NCBI GenBank assembly: GCA_020891255.1
Contig: BQFW01000013.1
Location: 1,674,001 to 1,738,000 of the forward strand
DNA from: Entomortierella parvispora E1425
Taxonomy: Eukaryota > Fungi > Mortierellomycota
DNA: 64,000 bases
Direction of reading: 5' to 3'
Every line of letters starts with the position of its first letter. Position 1 is the stretch's first letter. Under the pieces are notes generated by a model, which saw only the letters and a program-made list of their open reading frames with translations, had not been told where the DNA came from and ran no database searches. The position numbers and the translations under genes were made by a program. Below, piece by piece: positions 22,824 to 36,150 of the stretch.

Positions 22824-25199
22824 TTAGTCTATCTTCCAGAGCATGTTCAGGACCTCGGGTGTGAATCCTTGATGAAGGGATTCGCTTTCACGAGTGGGCT
22901 GGCCCCACCGTGAGGTATCGTCAACCGAATGCTTTCCAAACGCGCTCGTGCTCATGTTGGCAACATTTCTCGTCAAGATGTCGGCACATCCTTGGAATCC
23001 ACAGGCCTTTCCTTTCCGTACATAGTCCATGTAAGCCTGTTGTGGACTAGTTGTAGAGAGTGTCTCTAGGTCCTTGTCGGCTTGCAATCCCAGAATGAAC
23101 TTTACGGTTCTTCCAACGTCAATGTAGCGTGTCGCGACCTTCCAGTATTCGTCTTGAAACAACCAGGACTGGTCCCCGTATTTTTGCATCAGTTCGAATG
23201 GTGGATTGGGGCCAATCATGATTTCAAGCTCCTCTTGGGCCAATCGTTGTGCCTCAGGGTGACTTTTGACATATTTCCGATATCCATTTAGGACCTTGCC
23301 CCGCGACAGTCCCTTCTCTTGAATCTCTTTGTCTGATTTGACCATCGCATCTGGAACTCCCAGAACCAGTCCCACTACATTCAGTAGCCAGTTTGCAGTA
23401 TCAAGATCCCTGTACTGTGGGCCACAGATCTCCTTTTGCGCCTCGTCCAAGAATTCGTGGGGTCCGCAAATGGTATGAACGAATCGCTGGCCCAGAACGG
23501 TCGCCGTGAACTTGAACCATCCTTCCCAGTGTCTCGAGTTATCGACACTGATAATGGTGGGAACAGGGTCCTGACTCGGCATGAAGATGGAGGCTCCAAT
23601 TGCATTTCCATGCGGTGAGATCAACACATTGATGTCCCTGAAAAGATAGGCCGTCTCTGCGAATCCACATCCATGATCAAAGCTCATCCACTTGACACGG
23701 AATCCAGCCTTGACGAGTCCATCAATTAGGTCGTCCACATTGACGAGTCGTCTAGATTCTTCACGTTGCAGGATACCAACCACCAACTGGCGCTTGCCTC
23801 CTTGGGTATTGCTGTCGCCAGAGGCAACCAGGTTTTCGTAGTCTGCTTCAGGATCGGCCTCATCAGGCTTCAACTGTCCAAATCGACTACGAAGCTCTCC
23901 TTGCTCGAGTCCATGATTGGGTCCCGCACGTTCGAAATTGTAGTATCTTGCAGTCTGCAAGCATCGCAACTGGGTGTTGGTTACATGTTCTGCCGCATCC
24001 TTTCTCTTGCTGATCGGCGCAACAGCAACGCCTTTGTGCTCTTTCTCTGGGAGCCATCGCTTTTTGTGTCCATGGTCTTGGTGCTCCATTCCGTTGTCAA
24101 TAGCGTATTGAGCATTGGTGAGATGCTTTTGCCATGTCTCGGGGGTCCTCCAGTAGTAATCCGCCACTTCCTCCCGGAAAGTCTGGTAAACCTCAGTTGG
24201 AATGTTGTTCTCGCAATAGCTTAGCGCACACTGGGAGCCAAGGCCGATAACTGCGCGTCGGAAGCAGATCGGGGCGTCGCTTGGGGGTAATGACTGGAAG
24301 GGTGTCGAGATTTCGGCCTTGTTCAAAACAAGCTCCTTTCCAGTCTGAAAGAAGTGATCCATTTCCCATGTGCCTTGATGGTCGATATCCGAGTGGTAAC
24401 GTGTAGCACGAAGTAGCCAAGAGTTCTTTGTTCCTCCGAACCTCTTCACTGTGCTATTGAGGAGAAGGGGAGGATAGCAGCGAAATGCTTTAGATCAATA
24501 GATACATGGCACACTACATCAGTACAAATCGATCGTCTGTCCTCTCGCATTACCTGTAGAGAGGCGTCATGCCATTGTAGAGCCAATGGGAGAAATGATA
24601 CGGCGAGTAAAGAGAATGGACAAAGAGAGTCTCGTTGACATAGTGCGCCCGTATGGATCTTCCAAAGTAGCGCTTGAGTCTTGGTTGCCAAAAGAAGTCC
24701 GAGGGCTGATCGGCAGACATGAGGTTGACCTCTGGCATGTTTTGACGGTGAAAGCCGTTGCTCCGAATAAAAGCCCCTGTTGAATACATGAAGCGAGTCT
24801 TAGGAATCATTTTTGAAAAAAGAACAACAGAGAGAAACCTGATCTGTCTACTCTACCTTTTCTGTCGACACACAAGTTCTCGACGACGCACTGTCGGGAG
24901 CGTTTGTTGTACTCTGTGCTCTTGGCTGCATCGCTCAGCCCGTCGTCTGTGCAGGTCCAGGATCCCTCGGGCAGTTCAAAGTCGTAGGCAGCGGTGCCTC
25001 CTCTCCAGTCGTCGCCCGAGGACATTCCGATGGAGAGGAGGAGAATGAAGCTGATGGCAAAGATGAGGAGGACGAGGATGAAGCGGCGGCGTGTCCTGCT
25101 GATGAGGGATGTGAAGGTGCGGACATGGCCCGAGGACGAGGGGGCCTTGTCCGCGGGAGATGAAGAGAGCGGCAGCAGCTGGTAAGATGATGGCGGCAT
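22824..25199 (-). CDS. Type II membrane glycosyltransferase, GT61-like, multi-exon
   Basis: N-terminal TM anchor (RRRFILVLLIFAISFILLLSI), HFSHWLYNG and NVLISPHGNAIGASIFMP motifs. Confidence 0.65.
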
Positions 25200-25656
25200 G
25201 CTGCTGCTGAAAGTGAGGTGTAAAGAAAAGACAAGACAAAAGAAGAAGAGAGGCGGGCAGCAACTGACACCCTGGGTGTCCACTGTCCGGCATATAATAC
25301 ATGCTGGTATTACATACGCTTCTTTAGGCCTTGTTCTTCGGTCACCGCCCATTCGCCCGGAAGGGAAAGACGACGAAAAAAAATTTCGATTTTCGACCCC
25401 TAGGCCAATCAGAGCCCGCCGTTGTTCCTGAGACCCTCCTCCTCCCCTGGGTCTGTTCGGAATTGAAGGGCCCACCACCAGTCTCTACTGTTTAATAGTC
25501 TCTGCATGACATCAATCTTGGCCCTGGTGAGGGTCTCGTTCTGATCTGGGGTCAGTGCAGGTTTGCTTTGCTTTGCTTTGCTTTGCTTTGCCTTGCGCCA
25601 CCAATCTTTATTGAAGTGGCTGCTTGTCGCTGTTTTTGTAGGCGGAAAATGCCTAC

Positions 25657-25884
25657 TTACTTTGAGGGATCGCATTCAGGTCCCACGCCTTCGAAAATTC
25701 TGTCGTGATGACGCAGTACTGAGCAGGGGATCAGCCCTGATGGAGACAGCTCTGTATCGCCTACTGTTGATATCGGGTTTCGTGTGTCTGATCTATCCTT
25801 AGGAGTAGGGGCTGCACCGACCTCGGTCATTGTAAACGCCAGCACTGTCATGGCTGTGTAAAGGATAAAAGATTCAATCTTCAT
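25657..25884 (-). CDS. Small secreted protein, 75 aa
   Basis: Signal peptide ending GA-AP; C-terminal C-x11-GVGPEC. Confidence 0.7.
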   Translation of the reverse strand: MKIESFILYTAMTVLAFTMTEVGAAPTPKDRSDTRNPISTVGDTELSPSGLIPCSVLRHHDRIFEGVGPECDPSK

Positions 25885-26772
25885 GACTCCAGGCTATTTC
25901 AGAGGCTGTTGATGGCGATTTTTGTTAACAGTGAAGGAGATGTTGGGAGGTCGAAAGAACTAACGCGGCTGATCGTTTGGGGAGAGTGGAAAGGTGAAAG
26001 AAAGAGTGACAAAACAGAACAGGATCGAGAAAAAGGGCAAGAACCTCATGGGGAGGGGCGAGTTCAAATAGGCAGTGTGCCGAAGACGGAGACCCTTTCT
26101 CCCTAACCCCGCATTCAGATCGGCGCACCATCTCTATCAGCGTGCAGTAACGTACTCTATCAGAACAGGTGTCCCAGGAGCATCAGCGTGTCCCCAGCAT
26201 TGGATCGCACTTATTTGCGCAATGCGCTAGAGCCCATTGACCTGCTGTGTCAGCAAAGGTGGCTCAGTCAGAGCTGTCTTTGCTACAGAAGAATCTCCAT
26301 AAAAGTCTCGGGTCAATGTTCAAAACGTGGGTGTTTTGTGTGCCCGGAAAACAGACGCGCTGGATCCAGCCAATCAACTTTGGCGGAGGTGATAGTGAAC
26401 AAAAAAAGTTTCTCTTGGTCCGTGCTTCAATTCTACCAATCTTTGACAAACAGGGACAGCAAGAGTCCAACCACCCCCAGCTCGTTCAACACCAAAACAC
26501 CTCAACCTCAGTTTTCCCACACCTGGACGAGCTCGAACAAAAAAAAAACCAACGCAATCTGGCGCAAGGAGGGCTGCAAGATCTTGCCCATCGGCCAAGA
26601 CTCTCCACCCCCGTGCTCCCTCCCAACGATCAGACTCCACTTGAAAACGGAGGCTTTTTTCACTGCACCACACACCCAACCCCTCAGCAACATTCAAAGA
26701 AACTACACTTTTATTTGTTTTTTTCATCTTATCCTCATCCACAATTCTCTCTCCATCTCACATCGTCCCTGA

Positions 26773-27171
26773 ATGAGGCCCATCTCGTACACAATCGTTG
26801 GTGCAATCGTTGCACTTGCACTTTTAACACTGAATTTTGTCGCTGCAGCCCCTGTCGGCACTCAAGCGACGCGAGATCCACTCCTCTCTGCCCAAGACAT
26901 CAAGGGCATCAACACTGTGCCAGGGCAGGATTCGACCCAGGAACCAAACCCCTGCAAAGTAGCAGGGACATCTTTGGAAGGGGCGTCTTCTCCATGTTCT
27001 CCCAAGCCCTCGCTGCCTACTCCAGAGACTCAATGGACTGGTCCAACATTTCCCTGTCCCAAGCGTTGGCCATTGTATGGTGGCATCGGGCCTGCCTGCA
27101 GGCCCAATCCCAAGTCTAGTCCTGTCCCAGCTCCTACTCCTTCGCCTTCACCTTGTCCGCCTTCTGCCTAA
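26773..27171 (+). CDS. Small secreted Pro-rich protein, 132 aa
   Basis: Signal peptide ending AA-AP; two Cys pairs, the second being CPKRWPLYGGIGPAC. Confidence 0.75.
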   Translation: MRPISYTIVGAIVALALLTLNFVAAAPVGTQATRDPLLSAQDIKGINTVPGQDSTQEPNPCKVAGTSLEGASSPCSPKPSLPTPETQWTGPTFPCPKRWPLYGGIGPACRPNPKSSPVPAPTPSPSPCPPSA

Positions 27172-27835
27172 GAATAACATTTTCTATCGAGTTCTTTTTG
27201 AAGATAGTTGCCTAAGGTTCTTCACTGGATGGGTGATCATCAAGAGGAAGGAAAGAGTCATAAAGTTCACCTTGACTTCCATCCATGACTAGAGTGTAGA
27301 GAGATGCTTGGGTGGAAGAGAGTCTGTCGCTGCATTCTTGGCCTGACACACGAACAGGTCTGACACATTGAAAATGACAAAGATGGAGGAGGAGAAGGAG
27401 GTAGTGGTAGTGGTAGTGGTGTGTAATGGTGGCGGTTGAACTTTGGCGACAATCGGAAATCTGGGTCTTTTTTCTCTCTTTTTTTTTTTTTTTTTTTTTC
27501 AAACGTTGTTTCTGGTCTTTGGCGCAAACCCATCTCTCCAAGATTGCAAGGTATTTTTTCAGTCATGCATCTACTGCTTGTCGAGGACCAAAAAAAAAAA
27601 AAAAAAAAAAGAAAGGACGAACATGTCCCTGCAATTGTAGGAGGGCCCGATCATCAGGTAATCAAAGCTTCCTTTATTCTCTGTAAGGGGATCATTCAAG
27701 TGAAAAATCCGCCGAGGATCGAGGGAGAGCGTGTTGGGGGGGGGGGGGGGAAAGGTTGTACGCGTCAAAGATCTATTCTGTTTCTATTCCGCAGGGGGGT
27801 TTTTTCACAGATGGTCTGATGATGAGTTAAGCTCA

Positions 27836-28075
27836 CTATTCGCATCTGGGGCCAGGACCACCTTTGAATTTCGAGCCTGTGGCAAGTGAAGAGCATTTGA
27901 TGAGTGTAGGTTTTGCTTTGGGTGGCTGGTTGCACTCAGTATTCTCGTTGTTGGCAGGTGGGTCGTCTTCTGATCTTGTGACCAACGAGGCTGGTGTTCC
28001 TTGGGAGATGGGAGCTGCTTGGATCGAGAGGATCAAGGCAACGAGACAGAGTGCACCGTAGAGATAATTTTTCAT
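27836..28075 (-). CDS. Small secreted protein, 79 aa
   Basis: MKNYLYGALCLVALILSIQA-AP signal; C-terminal C-x11-GPGPRC. Confidence 0.75.
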   Translation of the reverse strand: MKNYLYGALCLVALILSIQAAPISQGTPASLVTRSEDDPPANNENTECNQPPKAKPTLIKCSSLATGSKFKGGPGPRCE

Positions 28076-28308
28076 GTTTGGTTGATTTTTGGATGAGTGT
28101 TGTAGTGAAAGATGTGGAGAAAGGAAAAGAGTGAAGATCCGTTGTCCAGCTGTTGAGAAGTTTACTTTTAAGACTACAAAAAAAAAAAAAAAGAAAAAAA
28201 GAGCGACCCTTGGAGAGCGGAAGGGGGACAGGGACGGGGAGACAGGGACGTGATGGAATTTCAAGGGGGAGGAGGAGGCCATCGTCACAGATCATTCCCG
28301 ATCCTATT

Positions 28309-28617
28309 TTAAGGAGGATATATCCCTGGCCGCCGGGTTTTGCATGGAGACCATCGACCATCCGGTCCTAAAGTAGGCGCTGGACCACTGGACCCATTGC
28401 AAATTGGCCTACGAAACCGAGCCGATGGAATGGGCGTCGCCAAGGAGCGAGAAGCCAGGTTGACTGATGAAGCAGGCAAGAGCTTTTCCATTGTGTTTGA
28501 GGTACCGTCCTTGATCACTAAAAGAATTGGAAGGGCATGGACTTGGCTTGGCACCTGTGTGGAGGAGAGTCCTGCAGTCAACACAAGACAACAGAAAGCG
28601 ACGGTCGACAGTTTCAT
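28309..28617 (-). CDS. Small secreted protein, 102 aa
   Basis: MKLSTVAFCCLVLTAG..HA-LP signal; C-terminal Cys pair with GP motifs. Confidence 0.65.
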   Translation of the reverse strand: MKLSTVAFCCLVLTAGLSSTQVPSQVHALPILLVIKDGTSNTMEKLLPASSVNLASRSLATPIPSARFRRPICNGSSGPAPTLGPDGRWSPCKTRRPGIYPP

Positions 28618-29022
28618 GTGGGGAATACGTGTGAAAGGGGTTTATTGGGGTTGAGAGAGCTGAAAAGTGAGAATTGCAAGAAAGAGCAGATCGAGAGCAG
28701 TGGAATGTGGACCACACAAGACAGTCACTCCAATTCTTTCAGCAGGTCTTCTTCATTAATCGATTCTGCTCGACTGACGCCAGCAGAAGTGGAAGTAGAG
28801 CGACCATACGATCGCATTCGTCTCTCAGAGCTCGAAGGCGAGGCTGCAGAACTGGAGTTGACTCGAACCTGTGAATAGGCCGAGGCATCTGGCGAGAGCT
28901 TGGTGTCAGTCTTTTCTGCTCCTGCTTTCCTCCTAGCAATCGGTGGAGTAAGAAAACAACAAATGAGAAGCCATCCTTGATATCCAAGTAGGTATAGCCT
29001 CAAAGGATACTTGCGTACACAC

Positions 29023-31120
29023 TTACATTGAGAACACTGGCAGTCGGGTCCGTGGCCTAGGCAGTATCACTTCTGTCGTCGATGGACTATCACTACTGGA
29101 GCTCCTCTGTCTCTTACGTGTAGCGCGACTTGAACTTGATTCCTCCTGTGGAGAATTGGTATCTAGGTTATATTTTCGTTGCAAAAGTGCGCTATCCGAA
29201 GTGTCCGTATGCTCTCGTTTGATCGTTCGAGTAGGATGAGTGCGAGATTCGGCGTCCCGGTGTCGAGCAGCATTTGATACGCGATCAATCAAATCCAAAG
29301 CTCCCCCTGCAATAGCGTCCAAGCGCGAGGAATGTCTGCTAGATGTTGACATAGGGCCTGAGGAAGAAGGCGATGATCTTGTGGCCGAGCCCACGGCTCG
29401 GGTGGAGCGTGCGCTTCGGCGAATCAAGGGTTCATCATCATCCGCATTCCCCTGGTCGTCGTCCCAGCCATATGTATCTTGAGGGTGAGGAAGTGGCTCC
29501 TGAGGTTCCACGTCGTTGTTAGATTCTCCATCCTTCTCACTCTCTCCTTCCTTTTTGACCGGTGAGTCTGCCTCATCGGACGGAGAATTTATATGGGCTT
29601 TTAGAGCTTGCCCACGACCTTTTCCTCGTCCTCTGCCACGACCTCGCCCTCGTCCAGCACCTTTCGTAGTTGAAGTTGTTGGGGCATTGTCACTGCTGTC
29701 TGCTTCCTCTTTCGTTTTGATATCAGCAAGCTCAAGATCTCCTGGCTCGATTTTTTGGCCTTTAAGAGCAGCCACGGTCCGTCTTTCCTCCAAAAGAGCT
29801 ACAAAAAAAAAAAATATGGATAAGTACGACTCGTTCAAAAAATACGTCGTTGGATTCAAGTGATCTCAAGGTACCTTTTTCTAACCGTTGCATCCTGGTT
29901 TTCATGTTTTCGTTCGACTTGGTCAGCTCACCAATCTTTTTCTTCTTGGTGTTTATTAGAGCACGGAACTAAAATCAGAGGTGTTGCGTTAGAAAAAATA
30001 TGATGAATTGATAGTAGCATCATTCTCAAAGTACCATGTCGGCTCACCTTTTCCATTAGATTCCGCTTGGATTCTTTTTCATCCTCTATGAAGCGATCTA
30101 ACGCGTGCTGCCGATCTTTGAGCTGCTCGTTGACTTGCTGCCAGTGTTTCTTCAACTCTGTGCTTAGTCTCTGCATTCCAATATACGGCGGAGTCAAAGG
30201 AGAAAACAAGGCAATTTAGCTCCATGTTACCAACCCTCTCCTAGTTATAATCCAAAGCGACACGAGCGCATTACCTCGAATCTTCTCCGATCTTCAATGG
30301 TGGTCCTTATCCAGTCACGCATGAGCTTTTGGGATTTCTCAGGAGGGACTCTCTCCAACTGCATAGAGCCCAAACGAGACTGTTGCGATAAATTGAAAGA
30401 TGATCAGGTTATTGTCAAATGGCTTTTGCTGGACTGATCCTGATCCAAAAAAAAAAAAGTCGTCGTCTTACCTTTGGCTGAATGACCTGTCCTGCCAGCG
30501 TCTTTTCCGAGAATCCAGTCCATGTAAGCTAGAGAACAACAATGCACTTCCTGTTAGCTAAAGTGAACCCTTTTCCCACTGCAAAAAAATAATAATCCAA
30601 ACTCGTCAAAGGAGAATAGCGTCTTGCCTCTAGATCATCTGGTGACTCTTTGGAAGATTTCACCTGGAGCAACAGGTTGTAGCCTCCCGACTTTTCAACG
30701 CCACTGAACGCGTCTTCCGTCAGACGCCTGTATTGACTTTCCTCTATTTGATTGCCGTTGGTGTCTTCCCGCTGCTCCTCCCACATTTCGCGCGTCACTA
30801 CAAAGAACAACGGTAAAAAAAAATAAATATCCCGGTTCATAAAGAGAGTGACCTTAAGCGCTTTTTCCTTAAAGAGACCAAGGGAGCAAAAAGACTTACA
30901 AATTCCTGTCCAAAAAGTGCTAAAATTCATCACGTAGATCTTGCACTGTCTCTCGTTCTTGGCCTTTCCCCGGCAGGGTTCCCAGATGGTCTGTATAACA
31001 TGTTCGTTGTGAGCTCCAGGTCCAAGGTCGCTGTTGACAATAAGAAAGTACGAAACCACCTTTTCCATGACGGAATGACTTTTAGGAGAACTGGGCGACA
31101 ATAGGCGCGTGAGACAGGGA
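29023..31120 (-). CDS. Hypothetical multi-exon protein with coiled coil and GR-repeat; start uncertain
   Basis: Long terminal exon with GRGRGRGRG and acidic/Ser-rich tracts. Upstream exons with GT-AG boundaries and a helical segment (LSTELKKHWQQVNEQLKDRQ). Confidence 0.5.
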
Positions 31121-31249
31121 TCCTGAAAACGATGACAGAGATGAGTAAAAAGATGAAGAAGCAAATCGGGTAAAGCAATGGCATGCAAGTGGAACATACA
31201 TGCATGTCAACGAATGGTGGCAAAAAGGCATTGCCACGTGATCATTTTT

Positions 31250-31278
31250 TTGGGCGACATTCAGTGAATGTCGCCCAA
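31250..31278. promoter_or_regulatory. Perfect palindrome in a divergent promoter
   Basis: TTGGGCGACATTCA-G-TGAATGTCGCCCAA, flanked by outer arms GTGATCA (31238-31244) and TGATCAC (31284-31290). Confidence 0.5.
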
Positions 31279-31346
31279 CCGGTTGATCACTTTGGCTGCT
31301 CATTCCTCTCTACCACTCATTCCAAATGTCAAAAGCAGTTCTTCCC

Positions 31347-31966
31347 ATGGCCACCGAGGTACCATTTCTACTTCTCTACAAGAGCAGTCTTCTTTTAACG
31401 GAGCAGCTACAGAGTGTGTCGGAGACCCTTTTTTTTCTCTTTCTTTTCTGATTGTTTTTCGTCTTTTATCTACGGTACTCTCTAGGTCAAGACCGATACC
31501 CCCCAGGCAGCTCCAGTCTCATCCACTGAGAAAGTAAATTTACAGCAGCAATACAACCAGCAGCATCGTCAACAACCGCAACAACAACAGCTACCCGGAG
31601 ACTGTTTACCCTGCAAACTTATCGGATGTGCGGGATTCGGAGGCTTGGGTCTTTATTCATTCTACCAAGCACAGCAATTGCCCAAGAACCTCGTCGCCCG
31701 AAGACTTGGTCTTGGTGTCATGGGGTCAGGTAAAGTAATAGCTTTTACCTGGCGGTGAAAAAAAAAAAGAAAGCTATCTCTGATCCAAAAAGTGGCCAAC
31801 GGATCCGATCTTTGCTTTTCACCCATGTTTCTTGCATGCTTTCTTACTCGGAACTCATGCCCCGTATTTCCTCTTTTTCTGACTTTGAATAGCCTTCATT
31901 GCTGCCGCCGTGTACAGACTCACCATGCCCATCTCGTCTCAGGAAGCACCGCAACCAGAAAAATAA
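31347..31966 (+). CDS. DUF4536/DMAC1-like small membrane protein, 3 exons
   Basis: MATE|VKTD..DCLPCKLIGCAGFGGLGLYSF..GVMGS|AFIAAAVYRL; CxxC followed by Gly-rich TM segments. Confidence 0.7.
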
Positions 31967-32347
31967 AACGAACCCTTTTGTCACGAAAAAGGAAAGAAAT
32001 TCAAAATTGATTTTTGGTGGCGCTTGGTGGCGCTTCCTCTGGTGTTTTCAGGGTGGCAAGGTTGAACTTGGACATACATAATCATCTTTCTCTTCAGCTC
32101 TATTCGGCCCGATCGCTGGGTTGCAGTGGTGCGTCATTCACCTTGGCTACTGCGACTCTAAAATCTGTAGACGTTTCAACGCGTCCAGAAAGGAAAAAGT
32201 CCTCTGCTTAAGGGGTACTGAAAGTCGTTGACGTCCAGGAAGATGCCACCGATGCAGAAGCTGCGATCAACCACTATGGTAAGGCATCGCCCATCAATCT
32301 CTCATTCCATAGCTTTCACCTCAGGAACAAACCATCAGGATTTCATC

Positions 32348-33718
32348 ATGGCGAGAAATGAAGAAAAAGCACAGTAAATGGACCTGACATTCATCCACTC
32401 AACCCCCTTGCCGCACTGAAAGGAAACCCATGCAAACGAAATGGCGTTTTCAGGAACCTAATCAAGTGGCGCCTCTCTCTTTTTTTTTTTTTATTGCTTT
32501 TCCTAACCACAGGTCTATGCTGTATCGCTTTCGCGAAGCAAAGAATGCAGAGCTGGGCGGATCAAAACATTTGGAAAGGAGACCTTATCGTATCTCAGAA
32601 GTGACTTCTTTAGCCGAGGCAGAAAAGTGGCGTCGTAATACCATTGGAGACATTTCCAAGAAGGTCTCCAAGATCCAGGATGGTAAATAAGAAGAGGCTT
32701 TCTCTTTGCTCGATCGTTTGTGTTCTCATATATCAACCAGTTCTCATGGCGTACGTCTTTTTTTGACTGTCCTATGTCTCCAAAGTACATAACATCATTA
32801 CGTCTTTTTCTATCTGAATTCTTATAGTCGGCCTTTCTGATTTCCAGATCCGTGATCTCAACGACGAAATCAACAAGCTGATGCGTGAGAAATACCGGTG
32901 GGAGATGCAGATCAAGGACCTTGGAGGAGTCGATTACAGAGTATGGGATCCAAGTTGACTAATGTTTGTTGTTCATCCGCTTCTACAGGAGGAAAAAGAG
33001 TTGTTGTTAACAGACGGACTTTATTGTTTTATCTTGTTAGATCACGGGCCCCAAAACCTTTGATGCACAAGGAAAGGAAGTGCCTGGTGCACGTGGATAC
33101 AAATATTTCGGTCGTGCAAAGGATCTTCCAGGTGTCAAGGAGCTTTTCCAACCTCAACGTAAGCAGCGGTCCTCAATATTCCTCAATAGCCAAAGAACAA
33201 AAATGGAGTCAATTGCTCTTGAATGACTCTATACTGACGCTCCCCTCTCTTTTTTTTAGAAATCACATTGAAGGAAAAGACAAGGGCAGAGTTGCACCGG
33301 AACGTGGATGCTGATTATTATGGATACAGAGACGAAGAGGATGGGTCAATATTGGAGTTTGAGAAGGAGCAGGAAGAGCTTGGTATGTGGACTTTTTTTT
33401 TTTCTTTCTTTCTTTTTCTTTTCTGTCCTCCAATCAGAATGGACATACAGAAGATGCGATCCTTTTGAAGATGTGAACTTTGCATGGAATCCGTGTCTAA
33501 CGCTTTTTTTGGGGGGGGGGGGATTGTTTACTTGCATAGCTCTGGCCAAAGCTCTTGAGGACGCAGAGGAAGAAGACAGCAACGGCATGGAGGTCGATGG
33601 CGAGCGAACAGAGCCCTTGGGGACTCTTTATGTTCCCTCGCAGGCCGAAGTGGAGGAGTACCTTGTCAAGAGGAGAAAACAGGCCATCTTGGATCGCTAC
33701 GTAACCGAGAGCACATAG
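32348..33718 (+). CDS. ISY1: Pre-mRNA splicing factor Isy1, multi-exon
   Basis: [72 protein letters not shown]. Confidence 0.95.
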
Positions 33719-34399
33719 AAGGAAACAACCATAACCATCCGTCTTCTTATCATCTCAAGTCGCCCTCATGAAGGAGGTTCTCCTACTCTAGTCTAAAATA
33801 AAAATTGTACAATACAACATGACACATTCACTGATATCTTGCTATTGTCTATTCTGCTTTCTATCCACCGCATGCTGGACCATCAATCAATCTTTTGGTG
33901 AGTGTGGATCAGAAAATTCAAAGAAAGAAATTTTAATAGATTTTTGATTCGAGATGATAGTGTAATATGGGTAAAATGTGGAGGTGCTTCGTACGGGGGT
34001 GCTTTTCTCTCTCTTCTTTTGCAACGTAAGAAAGTGGGGGGGTAGGTGCGTAAACTCTTTGCCCCCACAAGTCCATCGTGTTTTTGGGAGTTTTTACAGC
34101 GTCTGTCACCAAAAGACAACATCACGTGGTTAATTTCCATGTCTACGGTTTCAGTAATTTGGGATAAAAATTTAGGATATTGCGCTTTGCACCTAAAAAA
34201 AAATAAACTTGCAGATATCATGATGATAAAATGAAACACATTGAGCAGTCACCGCGATCAATCTTGAAAACTGCCCGCCAAGACCTGCACCTCTTCGTTT
34301 TTCCTTTCTTTCTTTCTCAACTCACCCACCATCCCCCCTCCCCCCAACAACAATTACCGAACACCACTGCCCATACCTTGACCTCAAGAACATACTACT

Positions 34400-36150
34400 T
34401 ACGCTGCTCTGCATGCAAGTCTCGCTGTCCTAATGGACTTGGAGCCTCTCGATGTTATCCAAGATCTTGGAGATCGCAGTGCTCATGGTTTGTTGTCGAG
34501 AAGTTTGCTGTGATATGAGGACATGACGGCCTCCAGTTGCTGCTGGATAACAGGTGCCACAGACGTTACGTTTCTGCCATCAACTTTCTTAAAGGCCCGA
34601 AACCTAATACTTCACTCTTGAAAATAGGGTACTGGGAAGATTTGTTCTCGGCCTACAGCACGACGGCGGCGTCCTGCAAAATGTTTTGGCAAGTGGGCAA
34701 GCAGATGAAGATGTCATCAGTGCGAGATTGCATCATCAGAGGGAACGTTCCGTGCAGCCATTTTCTTGATTTTTTTTTTTTTGACCTTGACTTCTTCCTG
34801 TTGGTCCGTAGAATATACTTCGATCCAGCATGGTGTCGCCGATAGTTTGGATCCAGAAAGGGTCGCCAGGCTTTGTATCCTCGGGATTTGAGCATGCACG
34901 TTCAATGAACGGGAAGTCCATGCGCTGTAGCTCGAGGTCTGAAATGACATCACGCGCCATTCAAAAGTTTTCCGATCGGCCATTCTCAAATCCGGCCATT
35001 TACAACGCCACCGACGCGTCGACGCCGTCGAGGTAATGGGTGATGAGTCGGTTTGTCGCGCAACCACTCTGTTTCGTTATATCCTCGTTCCTGGCACCAG
35101 TCAGCGGCGCCAAAAAAAAAAAAAAAAAAAAAGCACCCAGGCGTCGACTGAAATGAGTTGCTTTGTCTTTCAATGTTGAGATAATCCTGGATGTAGCATG
35201 TCGGCTTGTACTGCGTGGCGTATCGCATCTCTGATGTTCGTAAGGCAGATTTTGACAACAACTGGTAGTTGACCCAGTCGTGATTTCCTATGCAAGGCGG
35301 AGGGGCAGCCGATGACGAAGTAGGCTAGCGCCAGATAATTCAGATTAGAAAGAGGTAGAACTTCACCCAACTCATGAAATGTACGTCGTGATTAAAAAGT
35401 TCAAATTTACCAACCAATACTCAAGCAGAAAAAAAACTGGAGCACCGACAGGACACGCCTCCACATCTAGGTTTCGTGCCACGACATTGTATCGGATCTT
35501 GCCATCCTTGCTCAACAAAAATGACTGCATCGTGCTCTTTGATCCAACTTGTAGGGAATTTGGCTTGATATCGGTCAAGGTTGCGCGCGTCTTTGCTTTG
35601 ACACCTCTTTGCTGTTCGCGCACAATTCGCATGTACGCCATCTCTTTCTGCCTTAGATCCAGTTCATGAACTTGATGTGTCTTCTTGGCCTCGCGGAACT
35701 GCGCGACAAGAGAAGTAATGGGGTGGTGCTTTTCGTGGATCTTGTTGTCCTGACGCGAGCTCGGACGCGTCGAGAGGAGAATCCTGCAGATAAAAAAGTC
35801 ATGTGTAACAACGAGCATGAATAAAGAGGTTCCATGGGATACTTGGTACTATCCATTGCGCCGCATGCAGCAGCTGCAGCAGTCAAGCTGAGCGTTACAC
35901 CAGACTTATATTGCGAAGAGTCAACCTGTTGGGTGTTTGCTGTTGATGTTTTTGCTGGTGCTGTTGATGCTGTTCCTGATGCCGCTCCTGGTCCTGTTGA
36001 AACAACTGACGCTTGATCGTCTGAGGAAAGTGATCCAACGGTGGTGTTGTGGCAATGTGGGTTGTATGCACGTTTGACCCCTTTGTGTGCTTTTCGTGCC
36101 TTCTCGGGGGAGCCAAATATCCAAACGAGCAGCATCGATGCAGGAAGAAC
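34400..36150 (-). mobile_element. Decayed Crypton (tyrosine recombinase, NDC10-II-like) transposon gene
   Basis: Ordered fragments: KRAYNPH, KDGKIRYNVVARNLDVEACPVGAPVFFLLEYW, YATQYK, GAADWCQERG, CHFRPRA and ILQDAAVVL*..YPIF. These match fungal Crypton motifs (RHxDxxxCPVGAxAFY, YFLPRA, LQDAA). Stops and frameshifts present. Confidence 0.7.

Noticed and set aside
26247-27119. 290-aa ORF overlapping a secreted-protein gene
   Set aside because: Runs through A-tracts and promoter-like DNA and overlaps a better ORF in another frame.
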